Part shown: one piece after another, positions 55,117 through 64,000 of the stretch
Layout: every line of letters begins with the position of its first letter
Numbering within the stretch: the first letter of the stretch is position 1
Source of the DNA: an uncultured delta proteobacterium
Lineage (GTDB): Bacteria; Desulfobacterota; BSN033; UBA1163
Reading direction: 5' to 3'
Assembly (NCBI GenBank): GCA_963708295.1
Contig: CAVPSJ010000007.1
Coordinates: forward strand, 96,001 to 160,000
Length of the DNA stretch: 64,000 nt
Notes under the pieces: model-generated
The model's input: the letters and a program-made list of their open reading frames with translations, nothing else
Databases searched by the model: none
Told to the model about the DNA's origin: nothing
Translations under genes and position numbers: made by a program

Positions 55117-56265
55117 TTACTTCTTCTGGGGTTTGCCTAACACTTCCTCAAAGAATTTGTCATCCACCAGCTTGCCTTCGGCAATATTCTGGCGATACTT
55201 GATGAAGTCGATCGTGTCAGCGCCCGTAATCTTCTTCGAGTTGAAGGCGCCGAACCCGAGGTAAGCCTCGCCCATCATATTGGCAGCCAGCCAATGTCGG
55301 TTGATGTTCTTTGACTGATCCCAGAAGAATTTCTTCTTGTTCCGGATACCGTCGATGGACATAATCAAGCAGCCGGGGAAGAGATTCGCAAACGTCCAGC
55401 AAATCCTCTCTACCTCTGCGTCCAGGAGTGCAAAATCAAACTCGTTGTTCTTGAGCTTGTTATTGACCAGCTCCCGTGCCTGTTTGAATTCGTCGCCCGC
55501 CTTGTAATCACCGTATACAATTTCACCGTCTTTCACATAGGCATCGGTGATGATCTGCGGGTTGCGCAACCATTTGCCTTTGTCGTCTTTCAATACGGGG
55601 ACAGCCTTCGAGATCAATCCCTTTCGCAACATCTTATAAGCAGACCACATCTCGCAGCTGATACAGTTCCACATGGCATCTTCAATGGTTAGATACCAGG
55701 GAAGAAAGTCAGAGGCGCCTCCCACCGGGGCTGACCCGTGGCGGGGACCCGCCTGGCCGAAAATAGCCAGGTCAGAAGCAACCGTGATGTCGCACGCAGT
55801 TCCGATCTCCTGACCTCCGGCAACCCTCATGCCGTTTACCCTGCAGATCACAGGTTTCTTGCACATCAGAATAGCGTCGACCATGTTATTGAAGAGTTCC
55901 ATGTAAGCCCCGTACTCTTCGGGTCGCATGCTGTAATACTCTGAGTACTCTTTCGTGTTTCCGCCGGTACAGAAAGCAAAAGGCCCGGTGCCCGTAAATA
56001 CAACCGCCACTACGGACCGATCCGTGGAAGCGTTTTCGAAACCGGCGATGACGCCCTTCACCATCTCCGTCGTGTAGGAGTTGTACTGATTGGGGTTATT
56101 GAGTCTGATCCAAGCATTATAGAGACCCTGAACGACATTGCCCTTCGCGTCCTTCACCGGCTTCTTTTCATAAACCGTACACGGGGCCTCGGTTCCCCAG
56201 TGCTCTTTGCCATACCGATCGTGATTCTTCATTTCATGTTCTCTCGGCATCCAACTTACTGTCAT
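55117..56265 (-). CDS. oah: 6-oxocyclohex-1-ene-1-carbonyl-CoA hydrolase (ring-opening; BamA/Oah)
   Basis: NNPNQYNSYTT, FCTGGNTKEY, RVNGMRVAGGQE, GQAGPRHGSAP.GG..DFLP are BamA signatures. Confidence 0.95.
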   Translation of the reverse strand: MTVSWMPREHEMKNHDRYGKEHWGTEAPCTVYEKKPVKDAKGNVVQGLYNAWIRLNNPNQYNSYTTEMVKGVIAGFENASTDRSVVAVVFTGTGPFAFCTGGNTKEYSEYYSMRPEEYGAYMELFNNMVDAILMCKKPVICRVNGMRVAGGQEIGTACDITVASDLAIFGQAGPRHGSAPVGGASDFLPWYLTIEDAMWNCISCEMWSAYKMLRKGLISKAVPVLKDDKGKWLRNPQIITDAYVKDGEIVYGDYKAGDEFKQARELVNNKLKNNEFDFALLDAEVERICWTFANLFPGCLIMSIDGIRNKKKFFWDQSKNINRHWLAANMMGEAYLGFGAFNSKKITGADTIDFIKYRQNIAEGKLVDDKFFEEVLGKPQKK

Positions 56266-56344
56266 ACAAATACCCCCTTCCCTATGGATTTAATTTTATT
56301 TCAGCCGTGACTTGGGCGTTCAATTCAAAAGGCGCCGGCTCCTT

Positions 56345-57457
56345 CTAAAAATCCGGCGTCAGAACCATTCTTTTCTCCGGCGACCCCGCCTTATGGACCT
56401 CGTCAAAAACGGATTGGATCTGACTCATCGGCCTGGTCTCGACAAAAGGACCGATATCGATTTTTTTCGAAAGGACCATATCCAGGACGATCGGGTAGTA
56501 TTCTGGCAGACATCCCCACGTCCCAATCATCTCGGCGTCAAAGGCCATCAGCCGTGAGATGCTGTATTCGTTTTTGGCCATCCCAAATCCGACCACGACC
56601 AGCTTCCCGGTGAAGGAGAGAAGTTCCAGAGCAATCTCCTGCCCTGCCTTCGTTCCGGTCACTTCGAAGATCTTCCAATCAAACCCTGCCTCCAGACCGT
56701 TCTTCTTGCAGATCTCCCGGAATTCATTTCGTAGATCCTTGATCGCCTTGTCTTGGGAGCTGATGACAAAGTCTGCTCCGTATTTCAACGCCCTCTGCAG
56801 CTTCTGCGGATTCCTCGCAATGCCGATCACCGCTTTCGCACCCAGGGCTTTTGCCGTTTGAGCCATGTACACGCCCACCCCGCCGGTGACGCCGATGATG
56901 ATGACTTTGTCCCCTGGCTGGAGATCTGCCCTCTTGGACGCTTGATAAGGGGTCGTGGCCGCATCGGCCACAACGGCCAAATGCTCCAAAGGAATATTTC
57001 CCCGGTTTCTCACCTCGCAGAGATCGATCGAGGGTACGGGGATATGGCTCGAAAATCCTCCATAAACACCTAGACTGTTTCCCGGCATCTTCTGAACTAA
57101 GCAGCGATTTCCTCTGCCGGTTTTGCAAAGCATACACTGGCGACAGGGCATCACTGCAGGAACAATCACTTCCTTCCCGACCCATTTTTCATCGCCGGCA
57201 ACGACGGTCCCGCTGATCTCATGTCCTAAGGTCAACGGTGGTTTCTGAACCGTCGGGACGCCATCGTAGAAGTAGCCCAGGTCCGTATGGCAGACGCCGC
57301 ATCCTGCCACCTTAACCAATACCTCACCGGGTTTTAAGGCCGGCACTGGAATAGAAGTCTTAGCCAACTTGCCGGGTGTGACCTCTCCAGTCTCTTTGTT
57401 TTTGGCTGTGGGTTGAACCATTTGCCAAGTCTCAATGTTATCAGGTATTGTTGCCAT
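56345..57457 (-). CDS. had: 6-hydroxycyclohex-1-ene-1-carbonyl-CoA dehydrogenase (BamQ/Had)
   Basis: AGCGVCHTDLGY, LGHEISG, PAVMPC..C..C..GR, VVADA.TTPYQA, SRLMAFDA...GTWGC. Confidence 0.93.
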   Translation of the reverse strand: MATIPDNIETWQMVQPTAKNKETGEVTPGKLAKTSIPVPALKPGEVLVKVAGCGVCHTDLGYFYDGVPTVQKPPLTLGHEISGTVVAGDEKWVGKEVIVPAVMPCRQCMLCKTGRGNRCLVQKMPGNSLGVYGGFSSHIPVPSIDLCEVRNRGNIPLEHLAVVADAATTPYQASKRADLQPGDKVIIIGVTGGVGVYMAQTAKALGAKAVIGIARNPQKLQRALKYGADFVISSQDKAIKDLRNEFREICKKNGLEAGFDWKIFEVTGTKAGQEIALELLSFTGKLVVVGFGMAKNEYSISRLMAFDAEMIGTWGCLPEYYPIVLDMVLSKKIDIGPFVETRPMSQIQSVFDEVHKAGSPEKRMVLTPDF

Positions 57458-57490
57458 TCGTTTCACCCCTTTCTGTTCAAAAATTAAAAG

Positions 57491-57620
57491 TTCGAATATC
57501 GAAATCCGAGACAATGTCAAAATCCTAATAAATAAATTTCCTAAACGTATTTTTTCTCCCAGTTATGAGTTTTGAATTTCGCCTGCCCGCCGCAGGCAGG
57601 GATTTCCTGCTTCGCATTCT
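57491..57620. repeat. 7-bp-periodic inverted tracts with an inserted GC hairpin
   Basis: ttcgaat atcgaaa tccgaga ... ttatgag ttttgaa tttcg[cctgcccgccgcaggcagg]gatttcctgcttcgcatt. Confidence 0.5.
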
Positions 57621-57725
57621 ACTTTCATCCCCCCTTTCCCAAATTTGATTTTCAAAGTGTGGATTGTTTGAATGTCACGTAGCCTAAAACTTAAGACACT
57701 TAACTCCGAACTCTAAACTTCAACA

Positions 57726-58484
57726 TCAGGTCATCCCGAGACCCCCGTCGACGCAGATAAGCTGGCCGGTGATATAGTTCGCGTCGTCCGAAGCTAAGAA
57801 GACGAAGGTCTGTGCTACCTCTTCGGGTTCGGCAAATCGAGCCAGCAAAATCCTGCCCGCGTAAATCTCTTTCAGCTTGGGGTCAGTCCGAATCTTCTCG
57901 GTCATCTCAGTACTGACATATCCCGGCTGAACCACGTTCACTGTAATCCCATAGCCAGCCAATTCCCGGGCGGCCGACTTGGTCAGAGCAATGATCCCCC
58001 CTTTTGCTGAACTGTAATTAATTTGTCCCTTTGTCCCCCACAGCCCGGCGGATGACGTCACATTGATGATCTTCCCGCTTTTTCGTTCCATCATATACTT
58101 GGAAGCCGCTTGGGTGCACAGAAAGGGCCCTTTCAACTGGATGTCGATCACCTCATCCCACTGCTCCTCTGTCATCTTGTAAAGCATGTTCGGCTTTGAT
58201 ACGCCTGCGTTGTTTACCAGAATATCGATCTTTCCGTAGTTGTCAATTGCTGTCTGAATGATTTTTTCTGCATCGGCCTTTGCAGCAACATTTCCCTTTA
58301 TTGCAACTGCTTTCTTCCCTATCTTTTTAATCATTTCGACCACTTCTTGTGCGGGCTGATCTTTGCTGGCATAGTTGACAACAACATCAGCCCCTTCCTT
58401 CGCATATGCAAGACAGATCGCTCTTCCAATGCCCCTTCCCCCACCTGTTACGACCGCAGCTTTACCCTCGAGCCTGCCCATCAT
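57726..58484 (-). CDS. short-chain dehydrogenase/reductase (3-oxoacyl reductase-like)
   Basis: TGGGRGIG, VNNAG, YSSAK. Same strand as, and upstream of, had. Confidence 0.92.
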   Translation of the reverse strand: MMGRLEGKAAVVTGGGRGIGRAICLAYAKEGADVVVNYASKDQPAQEVVEMIKKIGKKAVAIKGNVAAKADAEKIIQTAIDNYGKIDILVNNAGVSKPNMLYKMTEEQWDEVIDIQLKGPFLCTQAASKYMMERKSGKIINVTSSAGLWGTKGQINYSSAKGGIIALTKSAARELAGYGITVNVVQPGYVSTEMTEKIRTDPKLKEIYAGRILLARFAEPEEVAQTFVFLASDDANYITGQLICVDGGLGMT

Positions 58485-58524
58485 ATCCTCCTTCTTTTTC
58501 ACTTTTTTAAAAAGCCGAAATAAT

Positions 58525-58542
58525 TTGTGAATATATTCTCAT
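58525..58542. promoter_or_regulatory. Rex-like operator
   Basis: TTGTGAATATATTCTCAT matches 12/14 of TTGTGAA-N4-TTCACAA. Confidence 0.45.
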
Positions 58543-58811
58543 GAATACGCAAAAAAATACTACATTTTCATTCTAAATACAAGAGAATTCTCGATTGAAT
58601 AAAATTCATTTTAATTACGACAAGTTATGGTCAAGTTTTATCTTCTGCAACGTTTTTCTCTATGACCCTTTTAATCCGTTACCTTCTTGACCATCCCGGC
58701 GAAACTCCTCGTAATCTTTCAGAGGCAAAAACGCCTAGAAGAAAATGCGGCTGATCACCGCAGGTTTTTTTAAGTTATCACAAACGGAAGAAGTGCTCAT
58801 GGGCAGGACGG

Positions 58812-59270
58812 CTATTCGATTTTCAATTCCAGGTTGATCATCTCGCCTCCTCTTGTAAATCCCATGGCCCGAAAAAATTTGAGTAGATCCCAATCACTCC
58901 AATTCACTAAGGTGTAGACGATGCTCACACCAACCCCTTTGAGATTCCTGACAAACTCCTCACTCAATTTTCTCGCCACACCCCTGTGTTGATAATCAGG
59001 ATCGACCCCGATCGTACTGATCCACCCCACTGTTTCAGGAACGCCGAATTCCCAGCCGCTCATTTCACCCATGATGAACCCGATCACCTTCCCTTCGAGT
59101 TCTGCGACTAAACCCGAAAAGGGATACCGGGCATTAGGGAGCTCGATCTTTTTTTTCCAAAAATCCTGCCTGGCCTTACCTAAGACCTTCCGATCAATTT
59201 CAACAATCGCATCCAGATCTCCGAAGGTCAGAGGTCTGATGTCCAGTCTCTCCAGGAAATCCTCCTCCAT
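58812..59270 (-). CDS. GNAT-family N-acetyltransferase
   Basis: IRPL...DLDAI, LVAE..GKVIGF, IGVDPDYQHRGVA, FFRAMGF. Confidence 0.9.
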   Translation of the reverse strand: MEEDFLERLDIRPLTFGDLDAIVEIDRKVLGKARQDFWKKKIELPNARYPFSGLVAELEGKVIGFIMGEMSGWEFGVPETVGWISTIGVDPDYQHRGVARKLSEEFVRNLKGVGVSIVYTLVNWSDWDLLKFFRAMGFTRGGEMINLELKIE

Positions 59271-59296
59271 CGGCTCCCTTTCCCCCCATCCCATCA

Positions 59297-59513
59297 CTAT
59301 TCAATCATCGCAATGACGGCTTCTGCCTCAACCTCCTGACCCGGCGCCACACGAATCTCTTTTACCGTTCCGGTAACCGGAGCCACGACAGGCATCTCCA
59401 TTTTCATCGCCTCCAAGCACGGCCACCTGATCATCCTCTTTGACCTTATCTCCTACCTTCACTGACACTGAAACAATCTTTCCTACCATTGGTACAGTCA
59501 CTGGTGTCCCCAT
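59297..59513 (-). CDS. biotin carboxyl carrier protein, with one +1 frameshift near 59414 (probable sequencing error)
   Basis: Removing one base gives MGTPVTVPMVGKIVSVSVKVGDKVKEDDQVAVLEAMKMEMPVVAPVTGTVKEIRVAPGQEVEAEAVIAMIE*, with the EAMKM biotinylation motif. Confidence 0.85.
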
Positions 59514-59545
59514 GACATTTTCCTCCTTTTACGAAGCAAGTTTTT

Positions 59546-60697
59546 TTATTTAAGTCCCAACGCGTTTCTTGCGATGATCATCTTCTGAATGTTGGATGTT
59601 CCCTCCACAATCTGATAGGATTTGGCATCCCGGTAGAACCGTTCCACGGGATATTCCGTTGAAAAGCCGTAGGATCCGAAGATCTTGACGGCGGTGATTC
59701 GCGGCTCGAACGGCGACCTCCGCCGCATAATATTTTGCGCAGGAAACCTCGATGGTGTTCTCGTTGCCCCTGATCTCTGTTCCAGGCGGCCCGATGGACG
59801 AGCAAGCCGGGCAGCCTCTTCTTCCACATACATCTCTGCAATCTGCTCCTGAATCATCTGGAAATTCGCAATCGGCTGTCCGAATTGCTCACGCTCGTTG
59901 GCATATCGAACGGAATGCTCAAGGCAGGCCCTGGCCACACCCACGGCTCTTGCCGCTGAGGAGAGTCGGGTATTGTCCAGCATGGACATGCAGATTTTGA
60001 ACCCGTCCCCTTTTTGACCGACCAGGCAGTCCTTGGGCAGCTTCACGTCTTCAAAGACGATCTCTCCTGTCGGAGCGCAGAAAAGACCCAGTTTCGAATC
60101 GATGGACTTCTGGGTGACGCCCGGGCGCATGCATGTCCACCATGAACGCCGACATGCCCTTGATGCTTCGCCGCCTTATCCGTGTAGGCATAGACGATCC
60201 CCACATCGGCCACAGGCACCCCGGAGATCCACATCTTCGTCCCGTTCAGAATAAACCCGTCCTCCGTCTCTCTGGCCGTCGACTTCATGGAAGCCACATC
60301 GGATCCGGTGTTGGCTTCGGTGATGGCGAAACAGCCAAGCAGGTCCGCATTGATCAATTTCGGAATCCACCGTTCCCGCTGTTCCTCCGTCCCGAAATTG
60401 AGAAGGACAGACTGGATGGAGTTCATCTGAAGGTTGAAGGGAAGTCCCCACGAAGGAGAGATCCTTCGCGATCTCTTCGGTCATCACGGAGGCTGCAAGA
60501 TAACCACTTTCGTTTCCGCCGTATTTCTCGGGAGCAATACAGCCAAAGAAACCCAATCTCGCCATTTCCTTTACAATTTCTTTCCGGAAACGATGCTCCT
60601 TCTCATCTTCTTCCATGGTGGGAGCAATCTTCTTCTCTGCAAAATTCTTAGCCATTTCACGCATTGCTTCTTGTTCTTCTGTCAACTTAAAATCCAT
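59546..60697 (-). CDS. acyl-CoA dehydrogenase resembling non-decarboxylating glutaryl-CoA dehydrogenase; six +1 frameshifts (sequencing error or pseudogene)
   Basis: Overlapping ORF pieces join into one ACAD: MDFKLTEEQ..., FAITEANTGSDV, YAYTDKAA, EREQFGQPI, GSYGFSTEYPVERFYRDA, VEGTSNIQK. Confidence 0.8.
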
Positions 60698-60720
60698 AAA
60701 ATCGCCTCCTCCCGTTTAGA

Positions 60721-60757
60721 TTGTGCAATTTATAACAAAGGACTATTCTTTTGTCAA
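60721..60757 (-). promoter_or_regulatory. sigma70 promoter overlapped by a Rex-like palindrome
   Basis: Minus strand TTGACA-17 bp-TATAAA. TTGTGCAATTTATAACAA (60721-60738) overlaps the -10 box. Confidence 0.6.
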
Positions 60758-60877
60758 GATATTTCTGTTATTACTCGATAGTTTCAACCTATTGTTTTTA
60801 TTTGAGCTTTAAATATGAGTGTTAGCTGACCGAATAGGAACCTTGACAATACTGACTAAATGGGCAATAAGGAGGTG

Positions 60878-61291
60878 ATGAGAATAATGGGTTTAGACGT
60901 CGGGTCCCGCACCATTGGAATAGCGATCAGTGACGAGCTGGGGTTGACAGCTCAGGGCCTCAAAACCCTTAAGAGAAAATCGAAAGAAGACGATCTACGA
61001 GAGATCACCACCATCATTGGCCAATTTGAAATTAGCAAGATTGTCGTTGGACTTCCCAAGAACATGAACGGAACTCTTGGGGGACAGGCAGAGAACGTGC
61101 TCGGGTGGGTTGATGTCCTAAAGGATCAGACCCAACTCCCGGTGGTAACCTGGGATGAACGGCTTTCAACGGTTGGAGCCAATAGGGTTCTATTGGAGGC
61201 AGATCTTTCCAGAAGAAAGAGGAAGAAGGTGATTGACAAGCTGGCAGCCGTCTTTATTCTTCAGGGGTTCCTGGACGGAAACAGATCATGA
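60878..61291 (+). CDS. ruvX: YqgF/RuvX-family nuclease
   Basis: [40 protein letters not shown]. Confidence 0.95.
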   Translation: MRIMGLDVGSRTIGIAISDELGLTAQGLKTLKRKSKEDDLREITTIIGQFEISKIVVGLPKNMNGTLGGQAENVLGWVDVLKDQTQLPVVTWDERLSTVGANRVLLEADLSRRKRKKVIDKLAAVFILQGFLDGNRS

Positions 61292-62322
61292 AATCCTCTC
61301 TCAGGAGCAAGCTCTTCCTCTTCTCGCTGGGAATTGTCTTTCTTATTTCTGCTTCCCTTCTTTCCTGGTTTCTCTTCATCCCCTTCTCCGAGACGGAATC
61401 TACGAAGATCGTCTTCATAAAAAAAGGGACTCCTCTCAGAAGGGTTTCACAGCTCCTCGAAGAAGAGCGAATTATCAGGAATAAACGTCTTTTCGTTTTC
61501 CTCGCTACAATTCTGGGGAAAAAGACGAAGATCAAAGCAGGAGAATACGAATTCCGTACCCCAATCCTTCCTCTCGATGTGTTGTCTGCTCTTGCCAAGG
61601 GACAGGTCAAACGTCATCTGGCGACCATTCCTGAGGGATTCACCGTGACCCAAATCGCTCAATTGTTGGAAAATTTGAATCTCGTGGAGAAGAAGGGGTT
61701 CCTTCAAAAGACCTCCTCTCCGGCTTTCATCGATGCTCTCGGCCTTTCTCAATTAGCGGGACCCACTTTGGAAGGCTACCTCTTCCCTGACACCTACCAC
61801 CTGTTCAGGGAAATGGATCCGGATGAAGTCATTCAAATCATGGTCCATCGATTCAGGAAGATCTTCGGCCCCGAGTTTGCTGGTTGGGCGTCTGAATTGG
61901 GAATCCCCCAAAGGGACGTCGTTATACTAGCCTCCATCATCGAAAAAGAGACGTCCCTCCCCGAAGAGAAGCCTCTGATCTCTGCCGTGTTTCACAATCG
62001 TCTCAGAAAGAAGATCCCTCTCCAAAGTGATCCCACCGTGATCTATGGAATAAGAAATTTTAACGGAAATCTAACCAAACAAGACTTGATGAGACCCACT
62101 CCTTATAACACCTATCTCCTTCCTGGACTTCCCCCCACCCCTATCTGTAATCCTGGGAGAGACTCCCTCTCCGCCGCTGTCCACCCTGCTCCCGTCTCGT
62201 ACCTTTATTTCGTTTCTAAGAACGACGGGTCTCACTATTTTTCTTCTAACATCGAAGAACACAATCGAGCCGTGTGGAAATACCAGAAATATCCCAGAAA
62301 AAATAACTTGACAAAAAAGTGA
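61288..62322 (+). CDS. mltG: endolytic transglycosylase MltG
   Basis: [29 protein letters not shown]...LQSDPT..YG, PYNTY...GLPP.PI.NPG. Confidence 0.95.
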   Translation: MKSSLRSKLFLFSLGIVFLISASLLSWFLFIPFSETESTKIVFIKKGTPLRRVSQLLEEERIIRNKRLFVFLATILGKKTKIKAGEYEFRTPILPLDVLSALAKGQVKRHLATIPEGFTVTQIAQLLENLNLVEKKGFLQKTSSPAFIDALGLSQLAGPTLEGYLFPDTYHLFREMDPDEVIQIMVHRFRKIFGPEFAGWASELGIPQRDVVILASIIEKETSLPEEKPLISAVFHNRLRKKIPLQSDPTVIYGIRNFNGNLTKQDLMRPTPYNTYLLPGLPPTPICNPGRDSLSAAVHPAPVSYLYFVSKNDGSHYFSSNIEEHNRAVWKYQKYPRKNNLTKK

Positions 62323-62337
62323 ACTCTCATTTATCTT
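62308..62337 (+). promoter_or_regulatory. sigma70-type promoter of the thiolase operon
   Basis: TTGACA-18 bp-TATCTT at the end of mltG. Confidence 0.45.
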
Positions 62338-62434
62338 TAGCCTTCATTTGTCGTATGAGTGAGGCATTTTCTCATCTTTCCCCTCCTCTTTCCTTGGGAG
62401 AGGAGAGGAAGTAAGGTGAAAAGGGAGGTTTATC

Positions 62435-63616
62435 ATGAAAGACGTGGCGGTGATCGGAGTGGGTCAGAGCAGCTTCGTCAGAGGTTATGAGGGGTCGATC
62501 CGGGAACTGGCCTTCGAGGCCTTCAGGGAAGCCATGCAAGATGCGGGCATCACACACAAAGATGTGGATGCTTCCGTTTTCTGCTCGGCTCCCGAGTATG
62601 ATAAGCAGCGCTCGCCTGCAGGCGTGCTGGCAGAATACCTGGGCCTGATTCCACAGCCGACGTTTTACGTCGAGACCGTTTGTTCTTCGAGCAGCACCGG
62701 CGTCAAAGTAGCCTACAGCATGATTAAGTCCGGCCTCCACGACGTTGTCGTTGTCCTCGGGTTCCAGAAGATGTCTGAGATCACATCTGCGGAATCCCAG
62801 GAGAGAATGGGCAGGGGCGCCGACATCCAGTGGGAGGCACCCTTCGGAACCATGATGCCCGCGTATTACGCTCTTTATGCACAGGCCTATATGGCGAGGC
62901 ATGGTCTGACCCACGATGACTTGATGGGTGTCAGGCTCAAATCATCTACCTATGGCGTGATCAATGAGAGAGCGGTCTACAGAAAGCCCGTTAAGCCCGG
63001 AGATTTTAAACAGGGTGACCCGGAAGCGAAACTGGCAGGCCCCGTCGCTTGGCCGCTTCGGGTGGGTGACTGCTGCGCGAACGCAGATGGAAGCTCCTGT
63101 ATCATCCTTGCAAATGCCCAAAAAGCGAAGGCCCTGTCGAAGAAACCGATCTGGATCGTCGGCATCGGTGCGGCCTCGGAGGCAGTCAACATGGCCGCGA
63201 GACCCGATTTTGCCAAAGGCTTAAGCGTCGGCTATGCGGCCGCCGCCCAAGCGTATAAGATGGCCGGAATCACCGCGAAAGACGTCAAGGTGGCCGAAGT
63301 GCACGACTGCTTTACCATCGCAGAAATCATGGCGTATGAGGGGCTTGGATTCGCCCCGATGGGTGAGGGAAAACAACTTATCCGTGAAAAGGCGACGTAC
63401 AAGGAAGGGAGAATTCCCGTCAACGCCGATGGCGGGCTACTTTCGAAAGGCCATCCTATCGGTGCAACGGGCGGGTCCCAGATCCGCACCATCGTTCTGC
63501 AACTTCGCGGTGAGGCGGGCCCCATGCAGGTTGCCGGCACGCCGGACATCGGCCTTGTCCACAATATCGGCGGCGTCGGACTTTACGGTAATGTGACCAT
63601 CTTTCGCAGAGATTGA
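62435..63616 (+). CDS. SCP-x-type thiolase
   Basis: VETVCSSS, ADG, VAEVHDCFT, GGLLSKGHPIGATG, HNIGG; followed by DUF35. Confidence 0.92.
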   Translation: MKDVAVIGVGQSSFVRGYEGSIRELAFEAFREAMQDAGITHKDVDASVFCSAPEYDKQRSPAGVLAEYLGLIPQPTFYVETVCSSSSTGVKVAYSMIKSGLHDVVVVLGFQKMSEITSAESQERMGRGADIQWEAPFGTMMPAYYALYAQAYMARHGLTHDDLMGVRLKSSTYGVINERAVYRKPVKPGDFKQGDPEAKLAGPVAWPLRVGDCCANADGSSCIILANAQKAKALSKKPIWIVGIGAASEAVNMAARPDFAKGLSVGYAAAAQAYKMAGITAKDVKVAEVHDCFTIAEIMAYEGLGFAPMGEGKQLIREKATYKEGRIPVNADGGLLSKGHPIGATGGSQIRTIVLQLRGEAGPMQVAGTPDIGLVHNIGGVGLYGNVTIFRRD

Positions 63617-63620
63617 GAAA

Positions 63621-63782
63621 ATCAATGCACAATGATCACTTGGCAATTATCAATGATCAGTGAAATACAAAGACCTCGGAAGGAAGAGCGTGGGGAGTTC
63701 CCCGGCTTCTTTTATTGATGATGGCTCATGGGTCATTGCCCATGGGTCATTGACCATTGCCTATTTTGCATTGATCACTTCA
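63621..63782. repeat. inverted arrays of 7-bp repeats (ATCAATG x6 / CATTGAT-like x10) flanking a ~50-bp core
   Basis: atcaatg cacaatg atcactt ggcaatt atcaatg atcagtg ... tattgat gatggct catgggt cattgcc catgggt cattgac cattgcc tattttg cattgat cacttca. Confidence 0.75.
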
Positions 63783-63795
63783 TAGGAGGTGAAGC

Positions 63796-64000
63796 ATGGG
63801 TTTCGAGAAATTCGGGAGAAAGAGCTTTACGGCAGTGACAAAGACGGCGAAATTTGTTGACTTTCTGGCGGAAGGGAAGGTCGAAGGGACGGTTTGTAAG
63901 GATTGCGGAGTAAAGTTTTTTCCTCCGAGAGCCGATTGCGCAAAATGTTTCTCAAAGAACCTCGACTGGTTTGAAATGCCCAAGAAAGGCAAGCTTGAGA
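63796..64000 (+). CDS. DUF35 Zn-ribbon/OB-fold thiolase partner (3' truncated by window edge)
   Basis: RBS AGGAGG; MGFEKFGRKSFTAVTKTAKFVDFLAEGKVEGTVCKDCGVKFFPPRADCAKC... Confidence 0.88.
   Translation, partial: MGFEKFGRKSFTAVTKTAKFVDFLAEGKVEGTVCKDCGVKFFPPRADCAKCFSKNLDWFEMPKKGKLE

Noticed and set aside
59546-60697. Programmed frameshifting or selenocysteine recoding
   Set aside because: Six independent +1 shifts with no slippery sites and no in-frame TGA; sequencing error is more parsimonious.
63621-63782. CRISPR array
   Set aside because: Units are 7 bp with no spacers, and no cas genes are present.

Overview
This window looks like DNA from an anaerobic, aromatic-acid-degrading Desulfobacterota (deltaproteobacterial) organism; the taxonomy is inferred from gene content. 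It contains five blocks. (1) 1-12 kb: the end of a Liv-type ABC transporter, then three operons around an IclR gene, all carrying the palindrome GTTCAC-N4-GTGAAC (5 copies). They encode an intact tungsten AOR-family enzyme with an altered active-site motif, a degenerate AOR paralogue that keeps only its Fe-S cysteines, three 4Fe-4S subunits, two NrfD/DmsC-type membrane anchors, a Zn-ribbon protein and an atypical radical-SAM protein. (2) 12-36.5 kb: chemoreceptors and two nested chemosensory pathways, with sigma54 promoters. (3) 36.8-40.6 kb: a PHP-ABC-ATPase (Ppl/TrlF-like) with degenerate catalytic motifs, and a sigma54-driven pair of small paralogous peptides ending in WYY/WWW, one of which is missing from the ORF track. 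(4) 40.6-54 kb: moeB-moaD and an IclR-linked catabolic island (aryl-CoA ligase, OYE reductase, beta-oxidation enzymes, Liv transporter). (5) 54-64 kb: the central benzoyl-CoA pathway genes had-oah-dch, a glutaryl-CoA-dehydrogenase-like gene and a biotin carrier broken by seven clustered +1 insertions (probably sequencing error), ruvX-mltG, and a thiolase/DUF35 pair. Several intergenic 7-bp-periodic tracts occur in the right-hand third of the window. No rRNA, tRNA, CRISPR array or transposase was recognised. All functional calls come from reading motifs by eye; no database searches were run.
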